DNA of 15,746 bases from a candidate division CSSED10-310 bacterium (GTDB lineage: Bacteria; CSSED10-310). Under the pieces are notes generated by a model, which had not been told where the DNA came from, did no database searches, and saw nothing but the letters and a program-made list of their open reading frames with translations. The stretch is from positions 1-15,746 of the forward strand of contig JAFGMN010000019.1 in the NCBI GenBank assembly GCA_016927515.1, in the 5' to 3' direction. The translations under genes and the position numbers were made by a program. Positions 8,034 through 15,746 of the stretch are shown one piece after another. Each line of letters opens with the position of its first letter. The first letter of the stretch is position 1.

Positions 8034-9679
8034 TGAAATTGCTAATAGAAGATCGAGATGTCATTGATGTGAATGCCGGTGATTCCTTGGTGGAAATCGC
8101 CCGCCAGTTCCAGAAAGATCATCAGTTTCCCATTGTTCTGGCGCGAGCCAACAACCGGTTAGTTGATCTATGGTATAAACCCGTTGGCGACACGCGGATT
8201 GAATTCATTGATCTTGGAATGGTGGACGGCATTAAATCGTACCGGCATGCTCTTGTTTTTGTAATGCTTCGCGCATTCCATGAGCGGTATCCCGAAATGC
8301 GGCTGATCGTCGCCCACTCTTTAGGGCGTGCATTTTATATTTCACCTAAAAACGGGGATGAAATCACTGATTTCATGCTGCAACAGGTGCGGGAGCGAAT
8401 GATGGCGATTGCCGAGATGGATGAACCGTTCGTTCGAACGAAGGTGAAGCGGGAAGACGCCATTATCGAGATGCAAAACGAGGGACTGGACGATAAAGTC
8501 CGGTTGTTGCGATGGATCGATCAGGAGTATATCCATCTGTACCGGTTCGGCGAATTGAAAGAGTATTTTTTTCGTCCCTTGGTTCCGTCATCGGGGTGTC
8601 TGACTCGTTTCTGCCTGGATAAATACCACTCCGGCTTTCTTTTAGGAACTCCGAGCCACGCAACACCGGGTCGAATTACGCCGGTAACCCGATACAACAA
8701 ATTGTTCCAGATTTTTCAGGAGTATGAAACGTGGGGACGTATACTTGAGATCAGCGATGTCGGACACTTGAACGAATCTGTCGCGAAAAGCAGGATCAAA
8801 GATATCATGCTGATCTGCGAAACACTTCACGAGAAGAAAATCGGTAACATCGCAGACCGGATCCAGGTGACATCACCCCGTCCCCGGGTCATCCTGATCG
8901 CGGGTCCATCATCTTCCGGCAAGACAACGTTTTCCAAACGCCTGGCTCTTCATCTCAAAGTCAATAAACTGACACCGCACACGATCGAAATGGACGATTA
9001 CTTCGTGCCACGCACCCGAACACCCCGGCTCCCCAGCGGCGAATACGACTATGAAAACATAGAAGCCATCGACCTCGAACTCTTCAACCACCATATGATC
9101 CAGTTACTTAACGGTGAAACCATCGAACTTCCTCATTACGATTTCGGCACCGGTGTGCAAACGCCATCCGGCCGTATGATGACCCTTAAAAACGGGGATG
9201 TTCTCATCGTTGAGGGAATCCATGGGTTGAACAACCGGTTGACCAAGTCCGTGCCGGATCACGACAAATTTAAAATCTACGTCAGTGCACTGACTCACCT
9301 GAATATCGATGACCACAACCGCTTCTCGACAACGGATACCCGCCTGTTGAGACGGATCGTTCGTGACAGCCACTTCCGTTCGTATCGAGCCCTGGAAACG
9401 CTTCGGCGCTGGCCCTTGGTACGTGAAGGAGAAAACCAGTGGATATTCCCCTACCAAGAAGATGCCGATGTGATTTTTAACTCCTCTTTACCCTATGAAA
9501 TCAGCGTTCTGCGATCATTCGCAATTCCCGTTCTCATGAAGATTCCTCGAACGGAACCGGAGTATTCCGAGGCTCGCCGGTTGATGGACCTGCTGTTATG
9601 CTTCCGGGAGGTATCAACCGCTGACGTTCCCTATATATCGATTCTCCGGGAATTCGTGGGCGGCAGCATTTTTCAATAA
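8033..9679 (+). CDS. Uridine kinase/phosphoribulokinase-family P-loop kinase fused to ThrRS-N-terminal-like TGS and second domains (548 aa)
   Basis: The N-terminus resembles ThrRS N1/N2: TGS-like (LARANNRLVDLWYKPVGDTRIEFID) and SYRHALVFVMLRAFHERYPEMRLIVAHSLGRAFYI (compare RHSxAHxL...GFYYD). The kinase half carries the P-loop IAGPSSSGKTTFSKRL. Udk-like blocks are visible: NIEAIDLELFNHHMIQLLNGETIELPHYDFGTG (compare Udk FDHPDAFD...NG..V..P.YDF.TH), VLIVEGIHGLN, LKIYVSALTHLNIDD and RDSHFRSYRALETLRRW. Confidence 0.8.
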   Translation: MKLLIEDRDVIDVNAGDSLVEIARQFQKDHQFPIVLARANNRLVDLWYKPVGDTRIEFIDLGMVDGIKSYRHALVFVMLRAFHERYPEMRLIVAHSLGRAFYISPKNGDEITDFMLQQVRERMMAIAEMDEPFVRTKVKREDAIIEMQNEGLDDKVRLLRWIDQEYIHLYRFGELKEYFFRPLVPSSGCLTRFCLDKYHSGFLLGTPSHATPGRITPVTRYNKLFQIFQEYETWGRILEISDVGHLNESVAKSRIKDIMLICETLHEKKIGNIADRIQVTSPRPRVILIAGPSSSGKTTFSKRLALHLKVNKLTPHTIEMDDYFVPRTRTPRLPSGEYDYENIEAIDLELFNHHMIQLLNGETIELPHYDFGTGVQTPSGRMMTLKNGDVLIVEGIHGLNNRLTKSVPDHDKFKIYVSALTHLNIDDHNRFSTTDTRLLRRIVRDSHFRSYRALETLRRWPLVREGENQWIFPYQEDADVIFNSSLPYEISVLRSFAIPVLMKIPRTEPEYSEARRLMDLLLCFREVSTADVPYISILREFVGGSIFQ

Positions 9680-9688
9680 GGGGACGCA

Positions 9689-11185
9689 ATGGCCCGCATC
9701 CTGCTGGTTTTTCCTCCATCTGCTTATCGCAATCACACGCCACCGCTGAACCTGGCATATCTCGCCGCTGTACTTGAGAAGGATGGGCACGAGGTTCAGA
9801 TTCTGGACCTTTCAGCTTTCCATCCACCATGTACTCCGGATGAAGCCATCGCTATCGCGCGTGATTTCAATCCGCTCTGGATCGGTATCACGCTTAATGT
9901 GATTTTCATCAAACCTGCATATGAATGGATACAAAAAATCCGGACCCTCAAGATACCAATAGTGGCCGGTGGACCACATCCAAGCCTGCTGTTCGACGAA
10001 GCGATTGAGAATGGATGTGACATCGTTGTACGGGGTGAAGGAGAACAGACGGTTTGTGAACTGACCCGTGCGCTTCACCAAGGAACGCCTCTCGACACCA
10101 TCCCCGGTTTGGTTTTCCGTGATGATCATCGAACCATACGGAATACCGGTTTTCGAAAACCGATAGCGGATCTTGATGAGTTGCCGTTCCCGGCCAAACA
10201 TCTTTTTCCACGCCATTGGTATACGGATGATTCCCCCACCTATCAGGTCTACGGCGCGATTTTTTCAGGTCGCGGTTGCCCCGCAGCTTGCACATATTGC
10301 TACAAGGGTGTTTTCGGGCCTGGATGCCGATTCCGTAGCGCGGAAAACGTATTCGAAGAAATGCTGTTCTTGAATCGTACTTACAACGTGACAGCTTTCG
10401 AATTCATGGATGATGCTTTTTCTGCAGACTTGGATCGCGTGGACCAATTATGCGATCTCATCAATCGAACACCCGGACTCGATATATGCTGGCAGTGCAC
10501 GACCCGATTGGACCTGACACGCCCCGACCTGCTCCAGAAAATGAAAAAAAGCGGATGCTTTAGGATTTTTTATGGATTGGAAAGCGGTGATCAGGATACC
10601 CTTTTTCGGGTCAATAAACACCTCGATCTCAACCATGCCATTCAGGTTCTCGAATGGACACATACACTGGGAATCCGGACCATTGTCGGCTTCATGTGGG
10701 GATTTCCTTGGGACTCTCCAGCCAGTGTTAAAGCCTCCATCCGATTACTTCGGACTATCGCCCCCTTCGTCGATGAATTTAATCCCCTGGGCATCCTGAT
10801 CCCTGTCCCCGGGACGCGGTTGTTCGAAGATTGTCGGAATCGATATCACTTGGACCACTGGTGGATTGAGGATCGATTTGGCCGGCTCTATCGCGACAAT
10901 GTCGTGTTTCCCTACTTTCAACGCCGTTTTTACAACGATTTCGCTTTACTGAACGATGGTTTCTTCCCATATTCACCTCAGGTCCGGCGGCTAATCCGAA
11001 AAGGAACCTCTTTTATCGGAAGGCACAATGTGCTCCGTAACACACCGCTATACAGGGCAATACCGGTTTTAGGTGCCGTGATGCTGTCCCGATTGCTGTT
11101 TTTGATCCATCCCCGGTTGGAGCAGTTTGTTTTCGGCTGTCTCACTACCGCCCGTGCACGTGTGCGGAAAAAAAGAACACGATGA
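9689..11185 (+). CDS. Cobalamin-binding (class B) radical SAM enzyme, 498 aa, unknown substrate
   Basis: AGGGGA lies 5 nt upstream of the ATG at 9689, 9 nt after the upstream stop. An N-terminal B12-binding-domain pattern is present (ARILLVFPPSAYRNHTPPLNLAYLAAVLEKDGHEVQILDL ... IPIVAGGPHPS ... DIVVRGEGEQT). The radical SAM CxxxCxxC motif is SGRGCPAACTYC at 10276-10299. There is a C-terminal extension of about 150 aa of unknown function. The stop overlaps the next start (ATGA at 11182-11185). Confidence 0.85.
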   Translation: MARILLVFPPSAYRNHTPPLNLAYLAAVLEKDGHEVQILDLSAFHPPCTPDEAIAIARDFNPLWIGITLNVIFIKPAYEWIQKIRTLKIPIVAGGPHPSLLFDEAIENGCDIVVRGEGEQTVCELTRALHQGTPLDTIPGLVFRDDHRTIRNTGFRKPIADLDELPFPAKHLFPRHWYTDDSPTYQVYGAIFSGRGCPAACTYCYKGVFGPGCRFRSAENVFEEMLFLNRTYNVTAFEFMDDAFSADLDRVDQLCDLINRTPGLDICWQCTTRLDLTRPDLLQKMKKSGCFRIFYGLESGDQDTLFRVNKHLDLNHAIQVLEWTHTLGIRTIVGFMWGFPWDSPASVKASIRLLRTIAPFVDEFNPLGILIPVPGTRLFEDCRNRYHLDHWWIEDRFGRLYRDNVVFPYFQRRFYNDFALLNDGFFPYSPQVRRLIRKGTSFIGRHNVLRNTPLYRAIPVLGAVMLSRLLFLIHPRLEQFVFGCLTTARARVRKKRTR

Positions 11186-12132
11186 ATACCGATCCTGCCA
11201 ACCGTCGACCCATTCAGGCCGTCACGCTGGGATATGCGTCCATCGATCATTTTATTCGCGTTGAAAAATTTCCTCGACTCGGTCAAAAGATACCGTTTCA
11301 CGGGTATTCTGTAATGGGTGGAGGCCAGGCGGCAACCGCCGCAGTCGCTTTGGCTCGCTGGGGACTCTCGGTTCGCTGTATTGGCCGTGTCGGAGGAGAT
11401 GAAACGGGGGATCGGGCGATTCAGTGGCTTCAGGATGAACATGTGGTCACGGATAGCATGATTAAAACCCCGGGTTTGACCAGTCAGACGGCATACATCA
11501 TTGTGCCCGATGATTGTGGTGAACGCACGGTCATTTGGAATCGGCAACCCGGATTGAACCTCCGACCCGCTGATCTCCGTAAAGAATGGTTCGATGGGGT
11601 TTCAGTTCTTTTTCTCGACGGACACGAAATCGATGCCGCTGTCACGGCCGCACGGTGGGTGAAACAACAGGGTGGAAAAGTGGTTCTGGACGCGGAGCAT
11701 ATCGGTGTCGAGCGCGATTCACTGCTCGCTCATACGGATATCGCCTTTGGAAGTGAAGACTTCGGTATGCGGGAGTTCGGTGTCAGCGATCCCATTGAAA
11801 CGATCGGCATCCTTCGCGGGTATGGAATCCCACTGGCGGGAGTCACTCTGGGTGCCCGGGGAAGTCTGGCGGATTGGGGTGAGGGAATACGCCGGTTCAG
11901 TGCTGTTCCCGTGCGAGCCATTGACACAACGGGTGCAGGAGATATTTATCATGCCGCATTGACATACGGTATTTTACACGGGATGCCCTGGGAACATCTG
12001 ATATCGTTCGCGTCCATTGCCGCCAGCCTAAGTTGCAGGGCTCTTGGTGGCCGCGCCGCTATCCCTTCACTGGAAGAAATCACGGAACATACTGTCTCGG
12101 AAGACCGCCTGGAGAAAACGAATGAATGCTGA
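11182..12132 (+). CDS. PfkB/ribokinase-family carbohydrate or nucleoside kinase, 316 aa
   Basis: The N-terminal GG-containing sheet region (VTLGYASIDHFI...GGGQAATAAVALARWG) and the PfkB signature DTTGAGD (AIDTTGAGDIYHAAL) are both present, as is the anion-hole GARGS. It is translationally coupled to both neighbours. Confidence 0.85.
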   Translation: MNTDPANRRPIQAVTLGYASIDHFIRVEKFPRLGQKIPFHGYSVMGGGQAATAAVALARWGLSVRCIGRVGGDETGDRAIQWLQDEHVVTDSMIKTPGLTSQTAYIIVPDDCGERTVIWNRQPGLNLRPADLRKEWFDGVSVLFLDGHEIDAAVTAARWVKQQGGKVVLDAEHIGVERDSLLAHTDIAFGSEDFGMREFGVSDPIETIGILRGYGIPLAGVTLGARGSLADWGEGIRRFSAVPVRAIDTTGAGDIYHAALTYGILHGMPWEHLISFASIAASLSCRALGGRAAIPSLEEITEHTVSEDRLEKTNEC

Positions 12133-12727
12133 ATTGATGCCGCGGTTCAGGATCATTCCAGGTGAACGCAGGCATGTGGCGGGGTTTCATTGCGAGCCGG
12201 ATCAAGCGTTTTTCGATCGGCTGATACGAAAAAAACCATTAGCGGCCGTTTCGCGCCATCTGGCTGAGGCGATTGAAGCCAGTCGACAAGAAACGGGGCA
12301 ATGGGTCCGGACTGCGGCCATTTATGGTCTGTTTATACCGGATGACACCATGGCACACGGGTTTCCCGGTGCGAATCTTGTGGCCCTGGCTTTGGTGACA
12401 TGTGGCCGGGATCTCGACATTGCCATAGATCGACGAACTAGACTCAATGATGTGCTGGGAAGTTTCCTTCTCGATGCATGGGGTAGTGCCTGGGTGGAAG
12501 GAGCGGTCAGTGTCATTGACCGCATGATTCGGCTGGAAGCCGGTTTACTGGGATTGAATGGCGGAAAGCGCCGCAGTCCCGGATATCCGCCGTGGCAAAT
12601 CACGGACCAGCGGCACCTGATCGATCGGCTTCACGGCACCGACATGGGCATATCCCTGACGGATTCGCTCATGCTGATACCCAGAAAATCCGTCAGTTTC
12701 GGTATTCCTCTGACGCCAGCAACCTGA
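12122..12727 (+). CDS. Stand-alone homolog of the AdoMet-binding reactivation (activation) domain of cobalamin-dependent methionine synthase (Met_synt_B12-like), about 201 aa
   Basis: The likely start is ATG 12122 (MNAELMPRF), preceded by GGAGAAA at 12111-12117, and it overlaps the PfkB stop by 11 nt; the track ORF begins at 12044 without an RBS. The C-terminal half matches, as recalled from memory, the E. coli MetH activation domain. KRRSPGYPPW carries the RxxxGY AdoMet-binding motif (MetH R1134...Y1139). GISLTDSLMLIPRKSVSFGI matches GMKLTESFAMWPGASVSGW. LLDAWGSAWVEGAVSVIDRMIR matches LADRLAEAFAEYLHERVRK. Confidence 0.6.
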   Translation: MNAELMPRFRIIPGERRHVAGFHCEPDQAFFDRLIRKKPLAAVSRHLAEAIEASRQETGQWVRTAAIYGLFIPDDTMAHGFPGANLVALALVTCGRDLDIAIDRRTRLNDVLGSFLLDAWGSAWVEGAVSVIDRMIRLEAGLLGLNGGKRRSPGYPPWQITDQRHLIDRLHGTDMGISLTDSLMLIPRKSVSFGIPLTPAT

Positions 12728-13337
12728 ATTTTTCCAGTGTCCATGAATCCGCGGGATGTATTTCCGGCGGCTGACCGGGCATGATTTCTATGGATAGATG
12801 GTCCAGTTCAACCCCACGATCCCCTAGTTCTGCCTGGCACCGGTGTGCTGCTTCCACCAGGAACAGGTCGAGCGCGGGAGGTTTCAGCTGGTCATGCATC
12901 GTGTCCCTGATCATTGCGGTCAATGTGCCTCGAAGATGATATTCAATATAAGGATCGAGTCGCTGACCGTCAAAATGATGAATAATATCTGCCGCCCGCT
13001 TCCGGGAAATCGAGTAATGCGCGATCACATGTAGCCCGATCTTAAAGTTATCGGCGCTGAGCATCTCCACTTGTTTCAATTCCCTGAAATTCCCCATCAT
13101 GTAATGACCCAGCACAACATCACCCGTCAGCTGAATCATTGTCACTCGATGGGTTAACGGCCAGACGATGTGGATTCCGGGATTCAGAATAACAATCGGA
13201 TCCTGATGCCACAAGAACCGGCGCACACCCAATGTATCTGCTGGAATCCGGAAGATCCCGGTAACCATGATGCCCAAAAAAAACAAACAAAGACCGATAA
13301 CACCATGACGAATTAAGGAGTATCGGCGCCCACTCAT
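12693..13337 (-). CDS. SPFH/Band-7 (stomatin/prohibitin/HflC-like) domain membrane protein, minimal 214-aa form
   Basis: An N-terminal TM segment (VIGLCLFFLGIMVTGIF) is followed by an SPFH-like pattern (LNPGIHIVWPL..V, LSADNFKIGLHVIAHYSI, LVEAAHRCQAELGDRGVELDHLSIEI). The start ATG at 13335-13337 overlaps the TAA of the upstream gene by 1 nt (TAATG on the minus strand). The 3' end overlaps the convergent plus-strand gene by 35 nt. Confidence 0.55.
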   Translation of the reverse strand: MSGRRYSLIRHGVIGLCLFFLGIMVTGIFRIPADTLGVRRFLWHQDPIVILNPGIHIVWPLTHRVTMIQLTGDVVLGHYMMGNFRELKQVEMLSADNFKIGLHVIAHYSISRKRAADIIHHFDGQRLDPYIEYHLRGTLTAMIRDTMHDQLKPPALDLFLVEAAHRCQAELGDRGVELDHLSIEIMPGQPPEIHPADSWTLEKFRLLASEEYRN

Positions 13338-15619
13338 TACCTGATCCTCCGAACCGGCTGGTCGCTTTCGACCAGGAATACGCTGCGCTCCGGATGCATC
13401 TCCATCAACTCACGTGTCGCTTCAGCAGAATAATCCATCGCATAAATCACATCTCCGGAAAAATCAGGAATTCGGTTGAGATGGAAAAACGGAATATAGA
13501 TATAATCCGGTGGTCCCCTGAACAGCATAATGGAGTGATGCATTTGATTTTGTCGGACTGCTGCGATGGTTTCGTCCCGGACATTGCAGTAGTTCGAAAA
13601 AGCAGCCATTTCGTATGGCCAGTACATCGTCAGACTGCCGATTACAAGACCCAGTATGCAGACGATGCAGAGGGCCGAAGCAATGCGACGCGCGACGGCA
13701 GTGTTGAAATAAATAGCCATTTTTTCACCGAGCAGATCAATACCGCGCGTGGACACCAGTGCAATGAGCGGCATGCATTCCGACCAATACCGCGGTTCAT
13801 GTGTCCATCCAAAGTGAGCAAGTGCAGAATAAACGCAACCATTGAGTGAGAACGTCAGAATGAAAATCCAGTCCCAGGGGTTTTTTGAACGGAGAATAAT
13901 CGGCAGGAAAGCGAACATCAGCGTCATGTATGGAATCCAACCGAAGCCGCGCATCAGGAACCAGGTGGTATTTTGTTGCAGGTATTTCCAGAATGTCGCT
14001 GTATCGTTTCCAGTGCTAAAGCGATCTTCCACCTGGTATTGAATCAGTTCCCATCGTCCGGTGGTGAACCAGGCATGGGCGCAAGTGGTGGAAGCGATCA
14101 GCAGGCAGGTCAAAGCAAACAGCGCGATGGGACGCAGCTTGCGTCGGCGCAGGCAAGATAAAGCGAAAAAACACACGGAACCTGTTGCGAAGACCAATGC
14201 TGTGACGGGCCGGATAACGAAGAGGATTCCGAATGATAGGCCGGCGGTGAGTGCGTGCCGATTTGATGGGAATGAGCTAGCGCGGATCATACACAGAATG
14301 AACACGGAGGAAGCCGCAGCAGCGGATATATGGGACATGTAGCTTCCGCCGAGGAGTATAAACAGGGGTGAACTGACAAGCAGAATGCCGGCAGCGGGTC
14401 CGGTCCAACGGGCACCGGTCAGTTTTAACCCGATTCGAATGGTTGCCAGGACGGTCATGGCCGTGCACAGTGCGGGAATCAGTGATAGCAGTCCGAGTCG
14501 ATATCCTGCTGCAAGAATGAGCGAATGACCGTATGTGTAGTAGCTGAACACCCTGTCTTCCCACCAGATCCCCAGGTGTTTGAAGCAGGGAATCGGTTGT
14601 GGGGGAGGGATAAACCATCGACCGGATGCGAATACCTTGGCTTGGAACAGGTATACAGCCTCATCGTTCACACGGGGAGTATGATTGAACACCGAGGAAC
14701 TCACCCAGTATGCAGCAAAGAAAGCCAGTACGACCACGCCACCTGTCATCCAGAAAATACTGCCGGAGTGTCCTCCGGGGCTTTCATTTTTTTCTGCCCC
14801 GGTGGTTTTCGGTGAAACCGCAGTGGGGAGGGTTTTGTCTGGTGGATCATCCCGCACGCGGGTGCGTTTTGTTTTGATCATGCGGATAGGAATGAGAAGC
14901 AAGCCAGTCAAACACGCCGTCAAGCCGATCAGGAGAATCGAGAAGAAGGCCCCGATGATCATGCGGAAAGTCCAGATAGTCCGAAGTTGACGGGGCATGG
15001 ATGGATTGATCAGGTATCGCTGAGTCCACTCCCAGGTATCATTCAGAGCAAATCCGTAACATCCGGAAAAAACGTCCGCATTGAAAATATTTCGATTCCG
15101 GGAATCGCTATCAACGAAATGAATACGGATGGAAGTCGGCATGATGCAGTCGATTTCCAGAACGCAGTCCGCCAGGTTGATCGAAGGATTGTCCAGGAAA
15201 AGGGGTTGAAAATGACCGAATCCGGCGGTTTTTTCGATGCCGAGTCGATGCAGGATTGGATATGCCCATTCTGAAGCCGATGCCCACGTGGGAACACTGT
15301 GTGGACCCGATCGCCAGATTGGGCTGAAGCGTGACGATTCCCGTATCACCGCGCCGGTAAAGAGTTGGAAAAACTGCACCTCATGCGGGCGCTGCAGCAT
15401 TTGATGGAAGAAAATTTCGATTCTGGGTTTTTTCACCGGCAGGGGATGGGCCATGTTGAGGCACTCCCCATCAATGTAAGCTTCCATCCGTTCCGGTGAG
15501 TAAAAAATCGTCAGGTGATGATGATTGGCGTGAATCAATCGGAACAAGCAACCAATGAACACTCCGGTCAGGAAAATAAAAATGAGAAGACGAATTGGAC
15601 GTCCGGATTGGCGATGCAT
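13337..15619 (-). CDS. Integral membrane GT-C-fold glycosyltransferase-like protein (ArnT/PMT_2-like) with an extra N-terminal TM plus a roughly 190-aa extracytoplasmic domain, 760 aa
   Basis: There are more than ten predicted TM segments. The DE-motif loop typical of GT-C (ArnT/PMT) enzymes follows the third TM segment (PRVNDEAVYLFQAKVFASGRWFIPPP). A C-terminal soluble domain is present. The N-terminal 200 aa (a TM at aa 10-27, then a Cys/His-containing soluble segment, then a second TM) is not typical of this family. No clear SD is visible, so the start is uncertain. Confidence 0.6.
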   Translation of the reverse strand: MHRQSGRPIRLLIFIFLTGVFIGCLFRLIHANHHHLTIFYSPERMEAYIDGECLNMAHPLPVKKPRIEIFFHQMLQRPHEVQFFQLFTGAVIRESSRFSPIWRSGPHSVPTWASASEWAYPILHRLGIEKTAGFGHFQPLFLDNPSINLADCVLEIDCIMPTSIRIHFVDSDSRNRNIFNADVFSGCYGFALNDTWEWTQRYLINPSMPRQLRTIWTFRMIIGAFFSILLIGLTACLTGLLLIPIRMIKTKRTRVRDDPPDKTLPTAVSPKTTGAEKNESPGGHSGSIFWMTGGVVVLAFFAAYWVSSSVFNHTPRVNDEAVYLFQAKVFASGRWFIPPPQPIPCFKHLGIWWEDRVFSYYTYGHSLILAAGYRLGLLSLIPALCTAMTVLATIRIGLKLTGARWTGPAAGILLVSSPLFILLGGSYMSHISAAAASSVFILCMIRASSFPSNRHALTAGLSFGILFVIRPVTALVFATGSVCFFALSCLRRRKLRPIALFALTCLLIASTTCAHAWFTTGRWELIQYQVEDRFSTGNDTATFWKYLQQNTTWFLMRGFGWIPYMTLMFAFLPIILRSKNPWDWIFILTFSLNGCVYSALAHFGWTHEPRYWSECMPLIALVSTRGIDLLGEKMAIYFNTAVARRIASALCIVCILGLVIGSLTMYWPYEMAAFSNYCNVRDETIAAVRQNQMHHSIMLFRGPPDYIYIPFFHLNRIPDFSGDVIYAMDYSAEATRELMEMHPERSVFLVESDQPVRRIR

Positions 15620-15746
15620 ATTGTGACGGTATCAGGTGACACGCAGTGATTCAAGTACACCTTGTGAGATCGGGTGGGGCGGTCTCGATCAATCAGCGTT
15701 TGACACCCAGCTTGAGCAGAATATCTTCAGCCAGGCACCATTTTGA

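Noticed and set aside
10978-11547. 189-aa minus-strand ORF spanning the rSAM/PfkB junction, plus similar antisense ORFs at 9104..9457, 9812..10216 and 9948..10295
   Set aside because: They are antisense to coding regions with clear B12-binding/CxxxCxxC and DTTGAGD signatures, so they are likely chance ORFs.
15693-15746. Possible 3' end of a minus-strand gene running in from beyond the window (...SKWCLAEDILLKLGVKR*)
   Set aside because: Only about 17 codons are visible and two minus-strand frames are open here, so the frame and the gene's existence cannot be established from the window.
1-15746. Scan for CRISPR arrays, IS/transposase or integrase genes, rRNA and tRNA
   Set aside because: No regularly spaced identical repeats were found. 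No transposase or integrase-like ORFs were seen, and no cloverleaf-compatible sequences occur in the short intergenic regions.

Overview
Bacterial chromosomal segment of about 15.7 kb with medium GC, Shine-Dalgarno-type RBSs of the GGAGG/GGGAGA kind, and no rRNA, tRNA, CRISPR or mobile-element signatures visible. The genes fall into four groups. (i) A minus-strand pair encodes a secreted PBP4/DacB-family D-Ala-D-Ala carboxypeptidase and a small FHA-domain protein. (ii) A plus-strand ankyrin-repeat lipoprotein is followed by a giant secreted multidomain zinc metalloprotease of about 1520 aa. That protease has an FTP/PepSY-like propeptide, an HEWGH thermolysin/fungalysin-like catalytic domain, an FN3 domain, three Cys-containing PKD/SprB-like Ig repeats, a lectin/MAM-like beta-sandwich, a Pro/Thr-rich linker and an unassigned C-terminal domain. 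It ends in a textbook rho-independent terminator. (iii) A tightly packed, translationally coupled four-gene plus-strand operon follows. It encodes a ThrRS-N-terminal-like (TGS) domain fused to a uridine-kinase-family P-loop kinase, a cobalamin-binding (class B) radical SAM enzyme, a PfkB/ribokinase-family kinase, and a short stand-alone homolog of the AdoMet-binding reactivation domain of B12-dependent methionine synthase (MetH). The last of these is unusual as a partner for a B12-radical SAM enzyme and is the best candidate here for an undescribed system. (iv) A convergent minus-strand pair encodes a GT-C-fold (ArnT/PMT-like) integral membrane glycosyltransferase-like protein with an unusual N-terminal extracytoplasmic extension, translationally coupled to a minimal SPFH/Band-7 membrane protein. 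All functional calls rest on motif recognition by eye, since no database searches were possible.
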